Positions 9,840-26,365 are shown, counted from the first letter of the whole stretch. The stretch: 62,969 nt of DNA, filler included, from Reticulomyxa filosa (GCA_000512085.1; 15 parts of 15 records of this genome joined end to end with filler, not necessarily neighbours in it); one strand, 5' to 3'. Numbers and translations are program-made. Notes: generated from the letters alone by a model not told the origin.

Positions 9840-11167
9840 ATGAAAAGTACAGTGCATTTCACTTCGCAAGGAATAGGATTTTGTGAATCCATACTCTATG
9901 ATGTTTCACCTCCAGAAACCATTAACGCAATAACCGCGCTCTTCATAGCCATGTTTGGAATCGTAGGATTGCATGCTTTCAGTCTTAACCGAATAAACGT
10001 CGGTAGCATTTGGAGGATGGTGTTTTCGTTGTTTGTTTTGAACGGGGTGAGCAGTTGCATGTACCATCTGACATTACAGCTGGGATGGAAAGCTACGTTT
10101 TTGAAAACCAAAAAAAAAAAAGAGGAAGACACGAAGCGAACGAAAAACCAACACATAAATGTCTGTCCTGTCTCCTCCACCTTTGTACAAATGACCAACA
10201 GATAGCAGATGAATTCACAATGATATTAGCAGTAGATCTTGGACTGTATCAATTTTTTTTGCAAACACTGCACGAATTGTTGCTAAATGATGACATATAT
10301 CAATATTTGCATCCATTGTTCTCTGCTGCAATGGATAACATTGCAAAGCTTTCATTGGTCATCTTTTTCTGTGGGCACGATTCTGCTAGAAAAATCGACA
10401 CCAGAATGTTTTTAAAACAAAAAGTATTCCCAGCTTTAGTCAATTGGATTGGCTTTTTTATTATGACTGGATGGTGAGCACATTTTAATTTTTTTTTTTT
10501 TTTAAGTAATTATTTTTGCAACGTATACATATATGGTATGTATGTCTCGTGTAAGTGTTGTGAGTTTACAGTTCATCGCGCTAGATTTTCATAGTCACAA
10601 TATGATAGCAATAACCTTTACACTTGCTACAGCAGGCTACGTAATTTTGGTAATAATCAATCAATCAGTCATTTATCGCCACTATCTGTTGTGCTCAAAA
10701 CATCACGCGTCGATTGAAGACATTAGTGAGTTGTCGTATTCATCCCATGTCATGATGAGAACTCTTATTTTTGTTGGAATTTCCGCTGCTCTCTGGATGG
10801 GAACTGAACCCTTTTGCCACAAATACAAACTTTTGGCTTATTTGCATGCCCATGCATTATGGTTTGTTCTTTTTTTTATATCTATCCCTTGGCCGTCATG
10901 TGTTCTCCTCTTTTTTTTTGTAGGCTTTGATGTTTTTTTGTGGTGTACACGTTGCCATAACTGTTCAGGCACATCTTTGCGGGCTATGCATGTTATGTTG
11001 GTGGCATGGTTGGTCTATTTTATGAGTGTAGAATTCATCGTATACCTGTCCATTTACGACGCGGTTGGTTCACATTTTTGGAATTAAGTGATATTACCCA
11101 TCAAGAAAAAGAGCATTTCAAGGTCGAACAAAAAAATTTCCACAAACCTGAACAAAAACAACAATAA
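9840..11167 (+). CDS. Alkaline ceramidase-like (CREST superfamily) membrane hydrolase, 4 exons
   Basis: Motifs FCE..Y...PETINAIT, GVSSCMYHLTL, ADEFTM and HAHALWHIF (SxxxH and HxxxH metal ligands) appear after splicing. Multiple TM helices. Stop at 11165-11167. Confidence 0.85.
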
Positions 11168-11958
11168 TTAATACATGTGCTTTCATTTTTTAAATTATTT
11201 ATCTTTACTGTTGGCTTTGGTTGCGTTTTTTCGTTTTTCTTCCTTTTTTATTTTGAGACTTTTGGATGGATTTTTTTTTTTAAATGTACCATCAAATTAT
11301 CTATATTCTTCTTTTGTTTCACGTACTTTTAGATGCAATCGGAAGATATTTTAATTGCATAACTTTTCACATCACTTTTAAATGAAAACTACAAAATTTT
11401 CCAAGTTGAAAGCATAATTCTAAAGCATAAAAGAATTATACCCGAAATATACTGTTTGTTTTAATATTTTGTGTCAAGCACATTACAAATCTCAAATAAT
11501 GAGTTTTTGTTAATTTTTGTGATACATTCGAAATAGAAATAATTATTTCATACCTAAGATTTATTGTTTTGAATGCGCAGGAAGTATGAAAAATGGATTT
11601 ATAAGTTCAGTTAGCTTCTCTTTACAAACTTACTTCCCTTTCTTTTTGTTTTTCATTTGTCTTTTATTTAATTCATTTTTGAAAGTATATTCGTATTACA
11701 CTTAACTATCAGCAGTCCTTCCTGTAGCTGCTTTATTAAATGATTTACGAAACTATTTTTTCATTGAAATTGTCTAGTCACAAAGTTTTATGTGATTCTT
11801 TTTTTACGAACTACGTAATTTCAGCATCAAAGATAGTGTTTAAAATTTGCTGAAAATTTCTAATTTTCGAGACATTATTAAATAAGATGAATAAGATTAA
11901 AAAATAAAAAAGACTTAAAGCCAACCCAATCGCAGAAAACTGTAGATCAACAAAGTGA

Positions 11959-14758
<2,800 letters not shown>

Positions 14759-14858
14759 NNNNNNNNNNNNNNNNNNNNNNNNNNNNNNNNNNNNNNNNNN
14801 NNTTAATTAATTAANNNNNNNNNNNNNNNNNNNNNNNNNNNNNNNNNNNNNNNNNNNN
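14759..14858. other. Artificial contig spacer N-run/TTAATTAATTAA/N-run (first of 14)
   Basis: The same ~100-nt six-frame-stop spacer starts at 14759, 21081, 27890, 30792, 32203, 34217, 38274, 41834, 44328, 47194, 52605, 53935, 60225 and 61371. Confidence 0.98.
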
Positions 14859-14933
14859 ATTAGTTTGTTTGTTTTTTAAGATTAATTTTAATAATAACAA
14901 AACAAACAAACTAATATATACATATATATTATT

Positions 14934-15114
14934 TTAACCATGTTTGAGTTTGAATTGATTAATAACATCTTTATCAATTCCATCTTGTATCATTCTTCCA
15001 ACAGCTCCGTGCACAGAGATGCCCAGTTTTAACATCATCTCATATTTTTTAAACTGGGATTGGTCTTCATTTTTTTTGGAATCCATTCCATTTGTATTAT
15101 TATTATTATTATTA

Positions 15115-15167
<53 letters not shown>

Positions 15168-15497
15168 GCTATTGTTATTATTATTATTATTAGTGATAGT
15201 ATTATCAATTATGACTGTCTCATTGTTGGTGACACTTTTGATAGGCTTTTTTATAACTCCTCCCAATTTTGCGGCCAACATGTTCGCTGCTGCTTTTTGA
15301 GATACGCCTGCGTCCACTCCGCCTTCGGTGTTGCTGCTGTTGTTGTTGAGATTGCTCATTGCTCCGAGTGGTCGCTTGCTTGTGCTATTCTGCTGCTCTT
15401 TCGAACGCTGCAATTCATTTTTTAACTTTGCGTTTTCTGCTCGCAATTCGTCTATCAACCGCTTTTGCTTTTCCACTGTGTCCTCTGGTCCTTCCAT
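14934..15497 (-). CDS. Coiled-coil/poly-Asn protein with a C-terminal CCDC53(WASHC3)-like helical motif
   Basis: 187-aa ORF with an N-terminal heptad pattern, an AAT-repeat poly-N tract, and C-terminal FKKYEMMLKLGISVHGAVGRMIQDGID, which resembles the KYxxMLKxGxPxxAVxxKMxxDG motif. Confidence 0.6.
15095..15192. repeat. (TTA)n microsatellite encoding poly-Asn
   Basis: About 30 nearly pure TTA units, directly visible. Confidence 0.95.
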
Positions 15498-16274
15498 TAC
15501 TTACTCTTTTTGCTCTTCTTTGATCACACACACACAAGACAATCAAAACATTCCACAAACACCCAATCATGTTTCTAACGATGCTATAAAGCGAAAAAGA
15601 GATCATATATTATACAGTTCAAACATGTTGCAATGAAGCTAACAGGGAACATTTTGTTGAACCTCAATGTTCTTCTTTTTGTTTAAAAATAGCGATATCT
15701 ACTACTTCATATTTGCTTTGTTTTTTGTTCATTCTTTGTTTTTTTCTTTTCTTAATCAGTCAAAGCGTATGACAGAAACTAATTTTTAATTTGTTTGTAT
15801 TTACGATTTTATTTTTAAAGTTAATATTGTTAACATTAATATTTTAATTAATAGAAAAGGAAGAAAATTCAATGAAATATCGTACAAAATAACATTGATC
15901 AAAAAAATAAAATTTTCATTTACAAAATAACGGATTGGAATCTAGCTAAATTTGTTAAGCGCTACAATAATGTTCACTATGTAGCAAGAATAGCTATAAC
16001 ATTTGACAGAGTAGTTTTTTTTGCTATTGAATCTATCTTATGTTTGATAACATATTTTTGTTATTTTTCAAAGTTATAAAAATAGTAAAAATGTTAAAAA
16101 ATTCAAAAGAAATTACTATAATATTTTGATAAGACATGAAATATACTTTTATTTGTGTCGCCTACAACAAGAAAATTTTTTAAGTAAAAAAAAACTAAAT
16201 AAAAAAAAAGTATCCTTTTAGAACTTTTTTAAAAAACTTTAATATATATTGGAATCTTCAAACAAAAAAAAGAA

Positions 16275-17040
16275 ATGCAAGACAACAGAAGATAGTAACT
16301 TCATGTAAAAACTGGTTTTACAAACAAATAAATTCGAAGAAATAAAAAGTTTTATCTGTTCACTTTGTGAACAAGTCATAGTCAATCATATGGAATTCAA
16401 TTGCCACTAGCACGAAACTATAAATGGTAATTTAGTTGTTGGTTAGAGTTGTTAAAAAATAACACAAGTATGCAAGATCATTGAACATTGTGATTGTAAA
16501 TATACCAGAGATAATTTTTTAAATCAATTAATTGGAAACTTGCCAGTTATGCGATTATACAATTTGAAAATAATTTAAATAGAAGTAAACGTAATTTTAA
16601 TGGAAGACTAAAAGATTTACAAGATCATTTGAACATGATTGTTCTTTTAATTTAACTTAGCGTTGGTTCAAACATTTTGGATGTAATTAAGTATGTTGCA
16701 AACACGATTTAAATGTACATTTGATTTCCAAAATAAAATTTCATTTTGAACTAGTTATGAAATGATTTAAATCTATGAAGCAAGAAATATAATTATATAG
16801 TTTTGTTTTTATTTTTTGTTTTATATATAAAATTATTAAAAAAAACATATTGAAAAAGATGAAAGCAGATAATTTAATTTTGATATAAGTGCATTAAAGG
16901 AAGATGTAATATAAAATTGAAGCTATTCAGAAAGAATTACTCAAATCAAATGAAATATTATCGGAATATCAAACAAAAATTAAATTTTTCGAAGAAAGAA
17001 ATTTTAAATTAACAAAGATTAATTATAGAAACAAGTAATA
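16275..17040 (+). pseudogene. Highly decayed paralog of the TRAF-finger/coiled-coil N-terminus of the 25832-23620 gene
   Basis: Remnants ICSLCEQV, MEFNCH*HE, IGNLPV, FNGRLKDLQDHL, WFKHFGC and HFELVMK are collinear with ORF 25131-25832, with many stops. Confidence 0.75.
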
Positions 17041-19118
17041 AAAAATTAAAAATATAATTTTGATATATTTATATATTTTTGCTTTTGTTTTTATTTATAT
17101 TTTGATATTTTTTTGTGAATTTTTTTTAAGTTTAATAAAAAATACATTGTTTTAAATCTTATCCTTTTTCTTTTTCATTCAAGATTTGCTTATACCACAA
17201 ATTTATGATGACTTGTAATTCACATAACAAAAACAATAAATGTATTATGTATTGTGGTAAATAATAATTTGATATTTTATTGTTTTAATTGTAGAAATGA
17301 CAAAAACTTTCGAGAAATTCATAAAATATAATTTTTACACATCAACAAAGGAAATTACTATTATGGATAAAATTGTCTAAGGATCCAAGCAACGCAAGTG
17401 GACTTGAAAAATTTAAAAAAGATATGAAAAAAAAACAACAGTAGGCAAAAGCTAATCCTTTGTTTAAAGATATTTTTTATCTCTACAAGAAGGGCAAAGT
17501 GTTAATATTTGTAATGATACAAAATGGCATTAATTAAAAGATGTTTTGCACAAAATAACAAATAAAAAGAATTTTTGGTTTTTTTGTTGAATTTTTGGTA
17601 AACAAGACGTTTAGTTCGAACTGCGATAAATTAGTTTAACCTGGATCCTGAGTTTTATTTCTTCAATAAATCTATTAAAAGAAAATTGCTTTTGAAGATC
17701 TTGTACAAATTGTTATGATCACAATTAGTATAATCATAATTAATTTAGATTTTTGAAAATTTTTGAGAAAAAGATAATAATATTGAATCTGGATATTCTT
17801 TTTCTTCAGTGGCTTGAAAAAGTCAATGTTCAAAAAAAACTATCTTACCAAACAAAAAAGTTTAAAATTAATTATACTGACTAATATTAAAGTATTTAAC
17901 GCACAATAAACTCAGAAGTAAAAATCATGTGGAAGCAATGTTATTAGCTTATAAAGGGAATAGCTTTGCAAATGCTTTTGGATAGAAAGTATATGAGAAA
18001 AATGGCAAAACACTTCAATGTTGGCCACATTTTGTGACTTTCTCAAAAACTTTAACAAAGTAACAAACAAAAGTATTACAAAAAGTGAATTGATGAAATT
18101 CATAAAAACCTTTATCAACAAAGTCTATTCAGACTAATTTTTTATGTCTTTCTATCAATTGATGATGTTGAAATAACGGATGAAATAATTGCGTTAGCAA
18201 ACCGGATTAGAGACATAAATATATTCACCAAACGAAGGAAGCTAGAAACTGTTGTTCTAAACAACATATTTTGGAAAAGGTTACAATAACAGATAGTATG
18301 ATATGAAGCGGGAAAATGTATGTAGTTATATTACGAAAATAGCGAATACATAGTGTGGAAGGAGACATGTATGCAAAGAAGAATGAAAAGGACAAACATA
18401 CATTGGAAAACAGTACATGTACAGAAAATGCAGAAGAAAAGGACTAGCTCATTATGAAAAAAGAAAATTGTAGTGAAAAAGACGAATTTATGTCGATCTT
18501 TCGGTTTCGAGTCGCGCAAGCCGAAACGATAAACACAAAATGCTATGAATGAACATCATGATGAATGCACAAAATGTGCAAGTGTTGTTTTATTGATTAC
18601 TTTGTAAGACATTGTAATTTTAATACTGTATTCCTTGTGAGTGATGTGTTTGTTTGCGATGTTTTTTCATTTTCCTTTTTCGTTTTGGAATCTCAATATT
18701 ACAACTATATAAGCTAAAAAAAAACAAAAACTGACTCACAATCGAACATGAGCCTGGAGACATAGCATTGAAGCGGTTTAACAGCAAGTATGAACAAACT
18801 TATTTCGACTTAGGTATAACGAATGCAAGAATCAGGCATTGTTTTTTAAAAAAAGTCTGTAACACTTGAAAAAAACTATTCGACCTACTAGTGTAGTGTG
18901 GTCTCAATAAAAAAAAAACACTTTTGAAAATCCTTAAAGCTATGAAAACATGATAAACTAGGTGAATATATTTTTTTTCTTATGATGATCGAATCCTTAA
19001 AATTAATTATATATATTAGAGAAAAGCAAAATTGAGGATACATAAAGTTTAAGTTAAAAAAATGAAAATTGAAAGTAAATATCATTTTTAAAAAGTGGCG
19101 ATCTTTCGATTTATTTGA

Positions 19119-20018
19119 TTCGAAATAAAAAAATATGTTAGAAAGTTCAATAGAAATCTATTACATATTCGGTAAACACTGTTTTTTAAATTTGTTTGTG
19201 AGCCTTTTATGTAATGCTTGCAGCTTTCTGTAAACAACAGTACGAAAGAAGTTTGAAACATTTGTGTAGTTGTGCAACAGGGAAATTACAATAATAATTT
19301 TTAAGTTTATGTTGAATTAATGTCCAAAAAAAAGGTGATAAGTAACTCTTCAACTTTCCTTCATCAAAAAACAGTAAAATCATCAATGAAATTTGCGTTC
19401 ACAATGGAAAAAAAAAGTATAATGTCCAAGACTTTTTACATTAACAAATTTTTATCGCATCGCATACATATATATTTTTATTATAATTGTCAAATCAAAT
19501 AATAATTTTAAACTTTTTTACAAAACAGCGCTGCAACGCCTTCGGCTATAAATAAAAAAATAGAATGCTTGACCATATTGTTGAACTTTAATTCATTCAT
19601 TAAAACATAAAACCAATTTTCACACATGCTCAAAACAGTTAAAAAAAATCTTTCAATTAAAATTTGGCTGTCAGCAAACACTGCTTATACATTCCAACGA
19701 CTAAAAATATGTAATTTGGTCTAAGACAATCAATTATCAGCCAGAGTTGTTCAGAAAGTACAAAAAATGTCGTAACTAAAAAAAAAATTAAAACAAAAAG
19801 TTAAAAAAGCTGCGTAATATCCAAAAGTAAAATACCAAGTAAATTCCACAAACATGAAATTGCAAAAAAAATAATTGACAAAAATAAATAATAAACAGAC
19901 AAAAAAGGAAATAAAATTGATCATTTAATATCGGACTTCTTTCATACGGTTGTTTGTTTACCGAATATGTAATGGACTTTTATTTAACTTTTTAACCACA
20001 TGTTTTTCTTATCTCAAA
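19119..20018. repeat. Pair of ~60-bp imperfect inverted repeats ~780 bp apart (possible MITE-like relic)
   Basis: ATTACATATTCGGTAAACA (19160-19178) is the exact reverse complement of 19955-19973. Similarity extends about 40 bp outward on both sides. Confidence 0.6.
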
Positions 20019-20810
20019 GTAAGACATCAAAAAAGTTGATGTAAAAATATTTTTTTAGCAAGCAAAGTGCTTGTGTGTGTGTAAACTTTGGACAGTATGT
20101 AATTTTTAAAGATAGATAACTTTCTACACCTTTTTGTTAAAGAAGTAAATGTTTGTATCTTTGAACACGCATATGAATGCTGATCGCATTGAATAAACTT
20201 TGTTGTTTTAAAAAGGGCACTGAATTTTTGTTTCTCCTTTTGTGTTTTTAGAAATTATTAGGAAATGATAAAGTGCTAATATTTTATACTTTTGAGAGAT
20301 TGGACAATGAATATCTATCTATTCTTACCTTCCTGATGCATCATCTGCAATGACTCACAATTAGTTTGAGTAAAATTCTTGAAAAGGATCAATATAATTC
20401 ATTTCAAAGTACATTTATTGATTAAAAGAATTGTCCTTACTTTACTGTCTGCCTTTCAAACTAAGAAACCTTTCCTTTTTTTTATATCTAATGTCGTATT
20501 CTTTAAAAAAATTCAATAACAGCAAGTCTTTTAATATTTCGTGTTCTTCAAAACAGAAACATATATACCATGCATTAATACAAAGAAAATCTTGTTCGAT
20601 TCTACACAAAAAACACAATACTTGAAATATCTTACAATTTTTGTTAGATATGCTTTTTAATTCTTTAAAAAACATTGAATGAAGCTTTTTTAAAATTTTT
20701 TAAACAATAAAATAAGATAAAACACATCTTTCAATGTTTGCATTCAATCAAATCAACTTACTTTCCTTTAACCAAACTTTTTTAAAAAAAAACTTACGCA
20801 AAAAAGTAAA

Positions 20811-21030
20811 TTATCCACAAATACGAATGAGACCTTTGCGTGAACCATAACACAAATTCAAATCATATGTGACATTCTTTGTCTTATCTTTCTTTTTCAA
20901 CACAGTAAATTTAAGACAAATTATTCCTTCATCTTCTTTTTCATCTCCTTGGATCATTATACAATTGATTCTTATTTGATCGAATATCCCAAAATCGAAT
21001 TGTATTATCAAGTGATCCAGAACATATCAC
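20811..21030 (-). pseudogene. C-terminal fragment of a WD40-repeat gene
   Basis: VICSGSLDNTIRFWDIRSNKNQLY, then a +1 frameshift, then MIQGDEKEDEGIICLKF...LCYGSRKGLIRICG*. This is paralogous to the end of 23620-24825. Homology stops abruptly at ~21030. Confidence 0.8.
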
Positions 21031-23619
21031 AATTCGAGTTGGAACCGAAGGGTTTAGAATTCCGGGTTTTTAAAAACCCGNNNNNNNNNNNNNNNNNNNN
21101 NNNNNNNNNNNNNNNNNNNNNNNNTTAATTAATTAANNNNNNNNNNNNNNNNNNNNNNNNNNNNNNNNNNNNNNNNNNNNCATTTGTGAAATTCCTGTGA
21201 AAAAAACTCAGTGTGTTCTTGTGATTGATGTTACTATCTTTTTAAATAAATCCTAACTTTTTTTTTTGAAGAAAAGGACAATAAAATGTTTGTATAATAA
21301 CTTTACAAAAAAAAACTGATTATTTGTTATCTATAGCTTTGGCAAGTATATACACCAACAAAAAAGAAACAAATTCACAGCAGCACAATAGATACTTTGT
21401 TAATTTTTGATTTAAATCTAAATTTACAAAAGTTTCGTTGATGCGATTAAGGGGTTACGTCAGATTACGGCTCAGAAGATTTTGTGATATTTTTGTTGTA
21501 TATATTCTGTAAAATTAATTAAGATTGGTTTTGTTATCTTACGTAAAATTATAAATTTGGAGCGATTTTATCGATTAACGATTAAACGTAGTACGCAAGG
21601 GGGGGGCGTAGTTCAAATATTTTTTTTTCATAGATTTAATACTTGTCTTTTGGTAACAAGCTACTGCGTTTAGGTCCTTGCTGGACCTTGTTAGTGAATA
21701 TGGAGAATAATTTCTAGTGGCTACAAGTAAGTTTTGTGTTTTTCTTTGTTATTGTCATTTAACTCTAGTTCAGTTAACACTGAAAAAAATGTGCTTATTG
21801 CAATAAAATAACAATCAATTGCTTTGTATAAAAACATTGACCACAAAATAATTTGTAACGCTGTCACAATAATTTTCTTTTGTATGCAATAAAAATTTTT
21901 AATGAACCAACATTGTTTTCCCATTTGTTACGTAAAGTCGGAATAAAAAATTTTTCGTTCATCGTATGTAAGTAACACTTTATTTACCTTAATATTTTCA
22001 AAGTAGGATCGGATAACATAAATAGTCTTGTGTTGTCTCTAGTTTTGAAATGGGGAGCTATCTGAACGATAAGAAATTCTTTTCAAAGAATATTTTCGAT
22101 TGAATTTTCTTCAATTTAACAAAGCTTTTAATCTGTCATTTGCCTATTTGACAGCACAATCACTAATTGGTCAAGTACTTTGGGGATTTTATGCTCTCTG
22201 GCCAAGTAGATACGGAAATGTTTCTTTAAAGTTTTATAATGCCATATCAACTAAAAATGTTGTATCCTGTCAATATGCAAAAAACAAAGTATATTCAATG
22301 ATAGCATTCAGTGGTAGTGCCAAATACAAAAAAGATTCAAAACTAAAATTTTGTGAAAAAATGTAATGACAGCAAAGTTGTTCAAAAGGGGGATGGTCCC
22401 ATTTTTTTTTTTTATTTATTTATCATGTGTTATCTGTCGAACATATTTTCACAACTTAGAGCAAGAAATTCATTAGCAATCGAATGTGGCACAAATATTA
22501 TGCGCATACTGCTTGAAAAGAAAAGTTTTAATTGAAAGAAAAAAATTATTTCATGTTTCTTTTTCTTTTCAGTATGTCCTCTTTAAAAAAAAATTGCTTG
22601 CACGTCATGTGTTGTTTGCTTCCAGGCAATATTTGGTTATCTTTCTTTAATCTGAATAATTTAAAAAAGCTATCTCCTGAAAAAAGCTTGTATTGAATAA
22701 GTAATTTTTATAACAATAAAAAACAATATCACGAAATTTGTAAATATGATAGAATAAATATTGCACACGAAGTATGCAAGTGAATACTTTGGTTCTAAAG
22801 TGGAAAACAGATCGAAGAGTCCATCGTATAGACCACTGACAATGTCCATGAGATATTGACGATAAAGTAGAATAATCTAAAACAATCAAAATAAAAATAG
22901 ATCGGTGTGATGCGAATTTGAGATTTTTTCGCTGTAAATACTTTGTTTCTTTTTGTGTGTGATCCATTTGCTTTTTCGGAGAGATTGCTACCTTTTTTTT
23001 TGTGAAACAGCTCCAGTCTTTGGCAGACCAATTTTATTGATGTATTCGTCAATCTATTTAGAAATGCTGAATCTTGCGTCATAAAAAAAAGGAATTATTT
23101 GAGACAACTCAATCAACTTTTAACATTGGTAACAATGAAACAAAGCATGGCCTCCTCTGCTTGTTTCGACCCAATTGTCGGAATCAATCTAAGTTTACTA
23201 AAGTAAAAATGAATACAATAAAGCAAAAGAATTTACAATGCATTCAAAATTTTTGAATTAATCCCACTGGCATCACCAAATCGCATAATCATATAGATTG
23301 ATACTTTTGGTGATAGAGATACAGAATAAAAGTATTGTCGATTTGTTTTGTACTCATTTTTCAAAAGCTACAAACATTTTGAAGAATAAAAAGTGTACAG
23401 TATAGTGCCGGAGAATGGACGGAAAACATCATAGCAAACGGATAGTGAAAACTTTGAGTTAAACGTGCTAGTAAGTGATCGTATTGTCTCTTTTTGGAGA
23501 TAAAAATTAGGAGCAGACACAACCGACATGAATTAGTCGATTGTATTCAAAAATTTGATTAATCAAAGAAAGTAATGCCACAGAATTATTTATTGTCTTC
23601 TTAAATTTTGAAACTATTT

Positions 23620-25832
23620 TTATCCTAAAATATTAATGGTACCTTTGATCGAACCATAATACAAATGAGAGTTATTTTTACTATTTGTGTCTTGTTTGTT
23701 CTGATCTTTCTTGTGAGAAGTAAAAAATTTAAGACATAATATTGCGCCATCGTTACTATTTCCTGTAAATGTATGCAATTCCTTGGCCGATCGAATATCC
23801 CAAAATCGAATTGTTTCATCCAATGATCCAGAACATATTACATTTGAATTACCAACTTCGCCTTTGATCCAATCAATGAGACTACTACTGCTATTGATAT
23901 ATGGTGAATATTCAGCAACATACACACTGCCAGTATGTCCACGAAATAATTGAATCTGCTGTCTTGATCGAACATCCCATAAACGAATACTTTTATCTGA
24001 TGATGAAGACAATATCGTATTTGCACTGCCACTAATTTCTGAATCGTATGGTGAATATTGTACATTGTTTACAGTGCCTTCATGTCCACGGAATATAATT
24101 AGTTGTTTGAGAGTTTCAACATCCCATAAACGAACTGTATTATCATATGATCCAGAACAAATCGTGTATCCATTACCACCAATTATACCAGCATCACTGC
24201 GATTGTCGTTATTTCGAAATTGTGATGGTGAGAACGTTGTACACCAAACAGTGTCTGTGTGTCCCTTTAAAACATGTAATGATTTGGATGTTTTGATATC
24301 CCATAATCGAATAGTTTTATCATGTGATCCAGAACACAAATATCGACCACCACTAAATAGTGAAAAATCAATACCACAAACACCACGAGTGTGTTCACTA
24401 AATACCTGCAATTGCTTGTCATCTTGAATATCCCAAAAACGAATGGTTTGATCAGATGATGAAGAACAAACAACATTTCGATTATTGATATAATGATACG
24501 ATGAAAACTTCGTACAGATGACTTCATTGGAATGTTTGTTGAATGATTGAATTTGCTTACCGTTTTCAATATCCCATACACGAACTGTGTTATCAGCTGA
24601 TCCAGAACAAAGGAATTGTTTACCATCGAATGTTGAATGATCGATACTGTACACATAACTGGAATGTCCATTGAAAGTTTTAAGTAATTTGGATGAGCGA
24701 AACGTATCAAAATTCAAAGTGGGTAATTGCTTGCTTTTGGATTTAACTAACATCTCGCCATGTTCTTTTTCTTTTTGTTCATCTATTTTTTCTTGATATC
24801 GTGTAATTTCTGTATCCTTTTCCAATATTATTTTTTCTTTGGCTTTGTATTTCTTTTTTTAATCTTTCCAATTCATTCAGAATTACTCTCTGTTACAATT
24901 ATTTATTGTTATATGTTTTTTTTTTTTTTTTTTTTTGCTGTTATTCACCAGATAGAACTACCTGATGACTATTCAAATTACGAATATCTTCATGTCTTTG
25001 CAAGAGTTGTTGCTTCAGAGTAGAATTCTCATTGTCCATCTTTACAACTTTTTTCATATTGTTTCTTTTCGTTTGATGCCATTTCTGATTTCAGTCTTGC
25101 ATTTTCCATTTGTAATTGTTTTGATCCCTCCTATATGTATTCATTCCATAACTTCTTTTGAAAAATCTTGAAAACGAAAATAGATTTAACTCGTAGTTGT
25201 TGGATGGTTTGTCGCATTAATGCAAATTCGTTCATGACTAAATCAATATGCTCGTTTATCGTTGACACGAAGTGATATTCTAATTCATATTTTGGACATA
25301 CACTCTTACATCCAAAGTGTTTAAACCAACACTCCAACAATTCCAAGGAACATGCTTTATCCAAATGCTCACTCAAATCTTTTATTTGACCTTTGAAATC
25401 ACACATCACTCTCGTACCTTCAGCTGACTGTCCTTCTTCATTTATTCCGGAAATTTTCAAGTTTTGTTGGAATTGTATTGGACACTTTACTGTTAAATCT
25501 CCAATACGTCGCTGTGCCAATTTATTTTTCGTATACTTGCAACCATTATGAGACCGAACTGGACACTTATTATTATTGTCACTAAGAAACTGTTTCAAAC
25601 AATTCTCTCCTGCAATTAAGCTTTCGTCTACGTCTTCGTGTTGAGGACAATTAATTTCAACTGGGTTGTTAGCAACTTGCTTGCAGATTAAACAAGTGAA
25701 GCGATTGATTTGTTCTGATTCGTTTAACTGTAAGACCCAACTCTTGTCAAAACATAATTGACGTTTGAAAGAGTTTGAAAGCAAAACAGCTTCCTGTTCG
25801 TCTTTCAATTTTTCTTCGTTGACCTTACTCAT
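23620..25832 (-). CDS. RING-like/TRAF-type zinc-finger + coiled-coil + WD40-repeat protein (3 exons; two A-run frameshifts)
   Basis: Exon 1 has CLIC...CPQH...CPVRSHNGC...CDFKG...HLDKAC...CWFKHFGC. The last exon has about 7 WD repeats (GH...CSGSxDxTxRxWD). Frameshifts at ~25050 and ~24845 are either errors or pseudogenisation. Confidence 0.85.
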
Positions 25833-26365
25833 ATCTGCTGTTTATCAGTCTATTTTGATTATTAATTATAGTCAAATAATTCCGTAGTGTTGAATTTTTA
25901 TGACGTCTTGTATTCCCCTTTTCTTTTTTTTTGGCATAGATTGAAAATAAATAAGATATTTTTGGCTATCATCTATCCCAATAGCTGTCATTCAAAGTAT
26001 TGCAGAAAATGGAAGCCTTTAACAGAGCTTTGATTGAAGAAAAAAAATGTATTCCAAGATTTTCTTGAACGCAGCACTCAACATAATGAACAGTTAAATG
26101 GTTGTTACAAAAAAGTATAAAATTTGCAACATAATCGGCAATGCAACGAAAAAGTGAAATACATCAAGACATCATACTCGTTTGAATTACTGAGGCCCAA
26201 ATTGACAGTGAGTGTGTATTGAACTTAAAAATGAGATTGTAGTGAACGTTTTTTTGTGTGTATAAATTTGCAAATTACGAAAATGAAATGTGTAAAGGAG
26301 CTGCCATGTAGAAGATGGAAAACAAAAGTAGAACGATAAAATAACATTGCAAAAAACAAAATAAA

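Noticed and set aside
15019-15425. Poly-Leu/poly-Ile ORFs (also the poly-Ser ORFs at 53979-54570 and the YI-rich ORFs at 13816-14030 and 46228-46838)
   Set aside because: They are antisense or off-frame readings of microsatellites and TA-rich introns.
18140-18540. Possible gag/zinc-knuckle relic with a downstream hairpin (similar Cys-rich relics at 57640-58200 and coding-like DNA at 43130-43420)
   Set aside because: Too decayed to give an ordered set of motifs.
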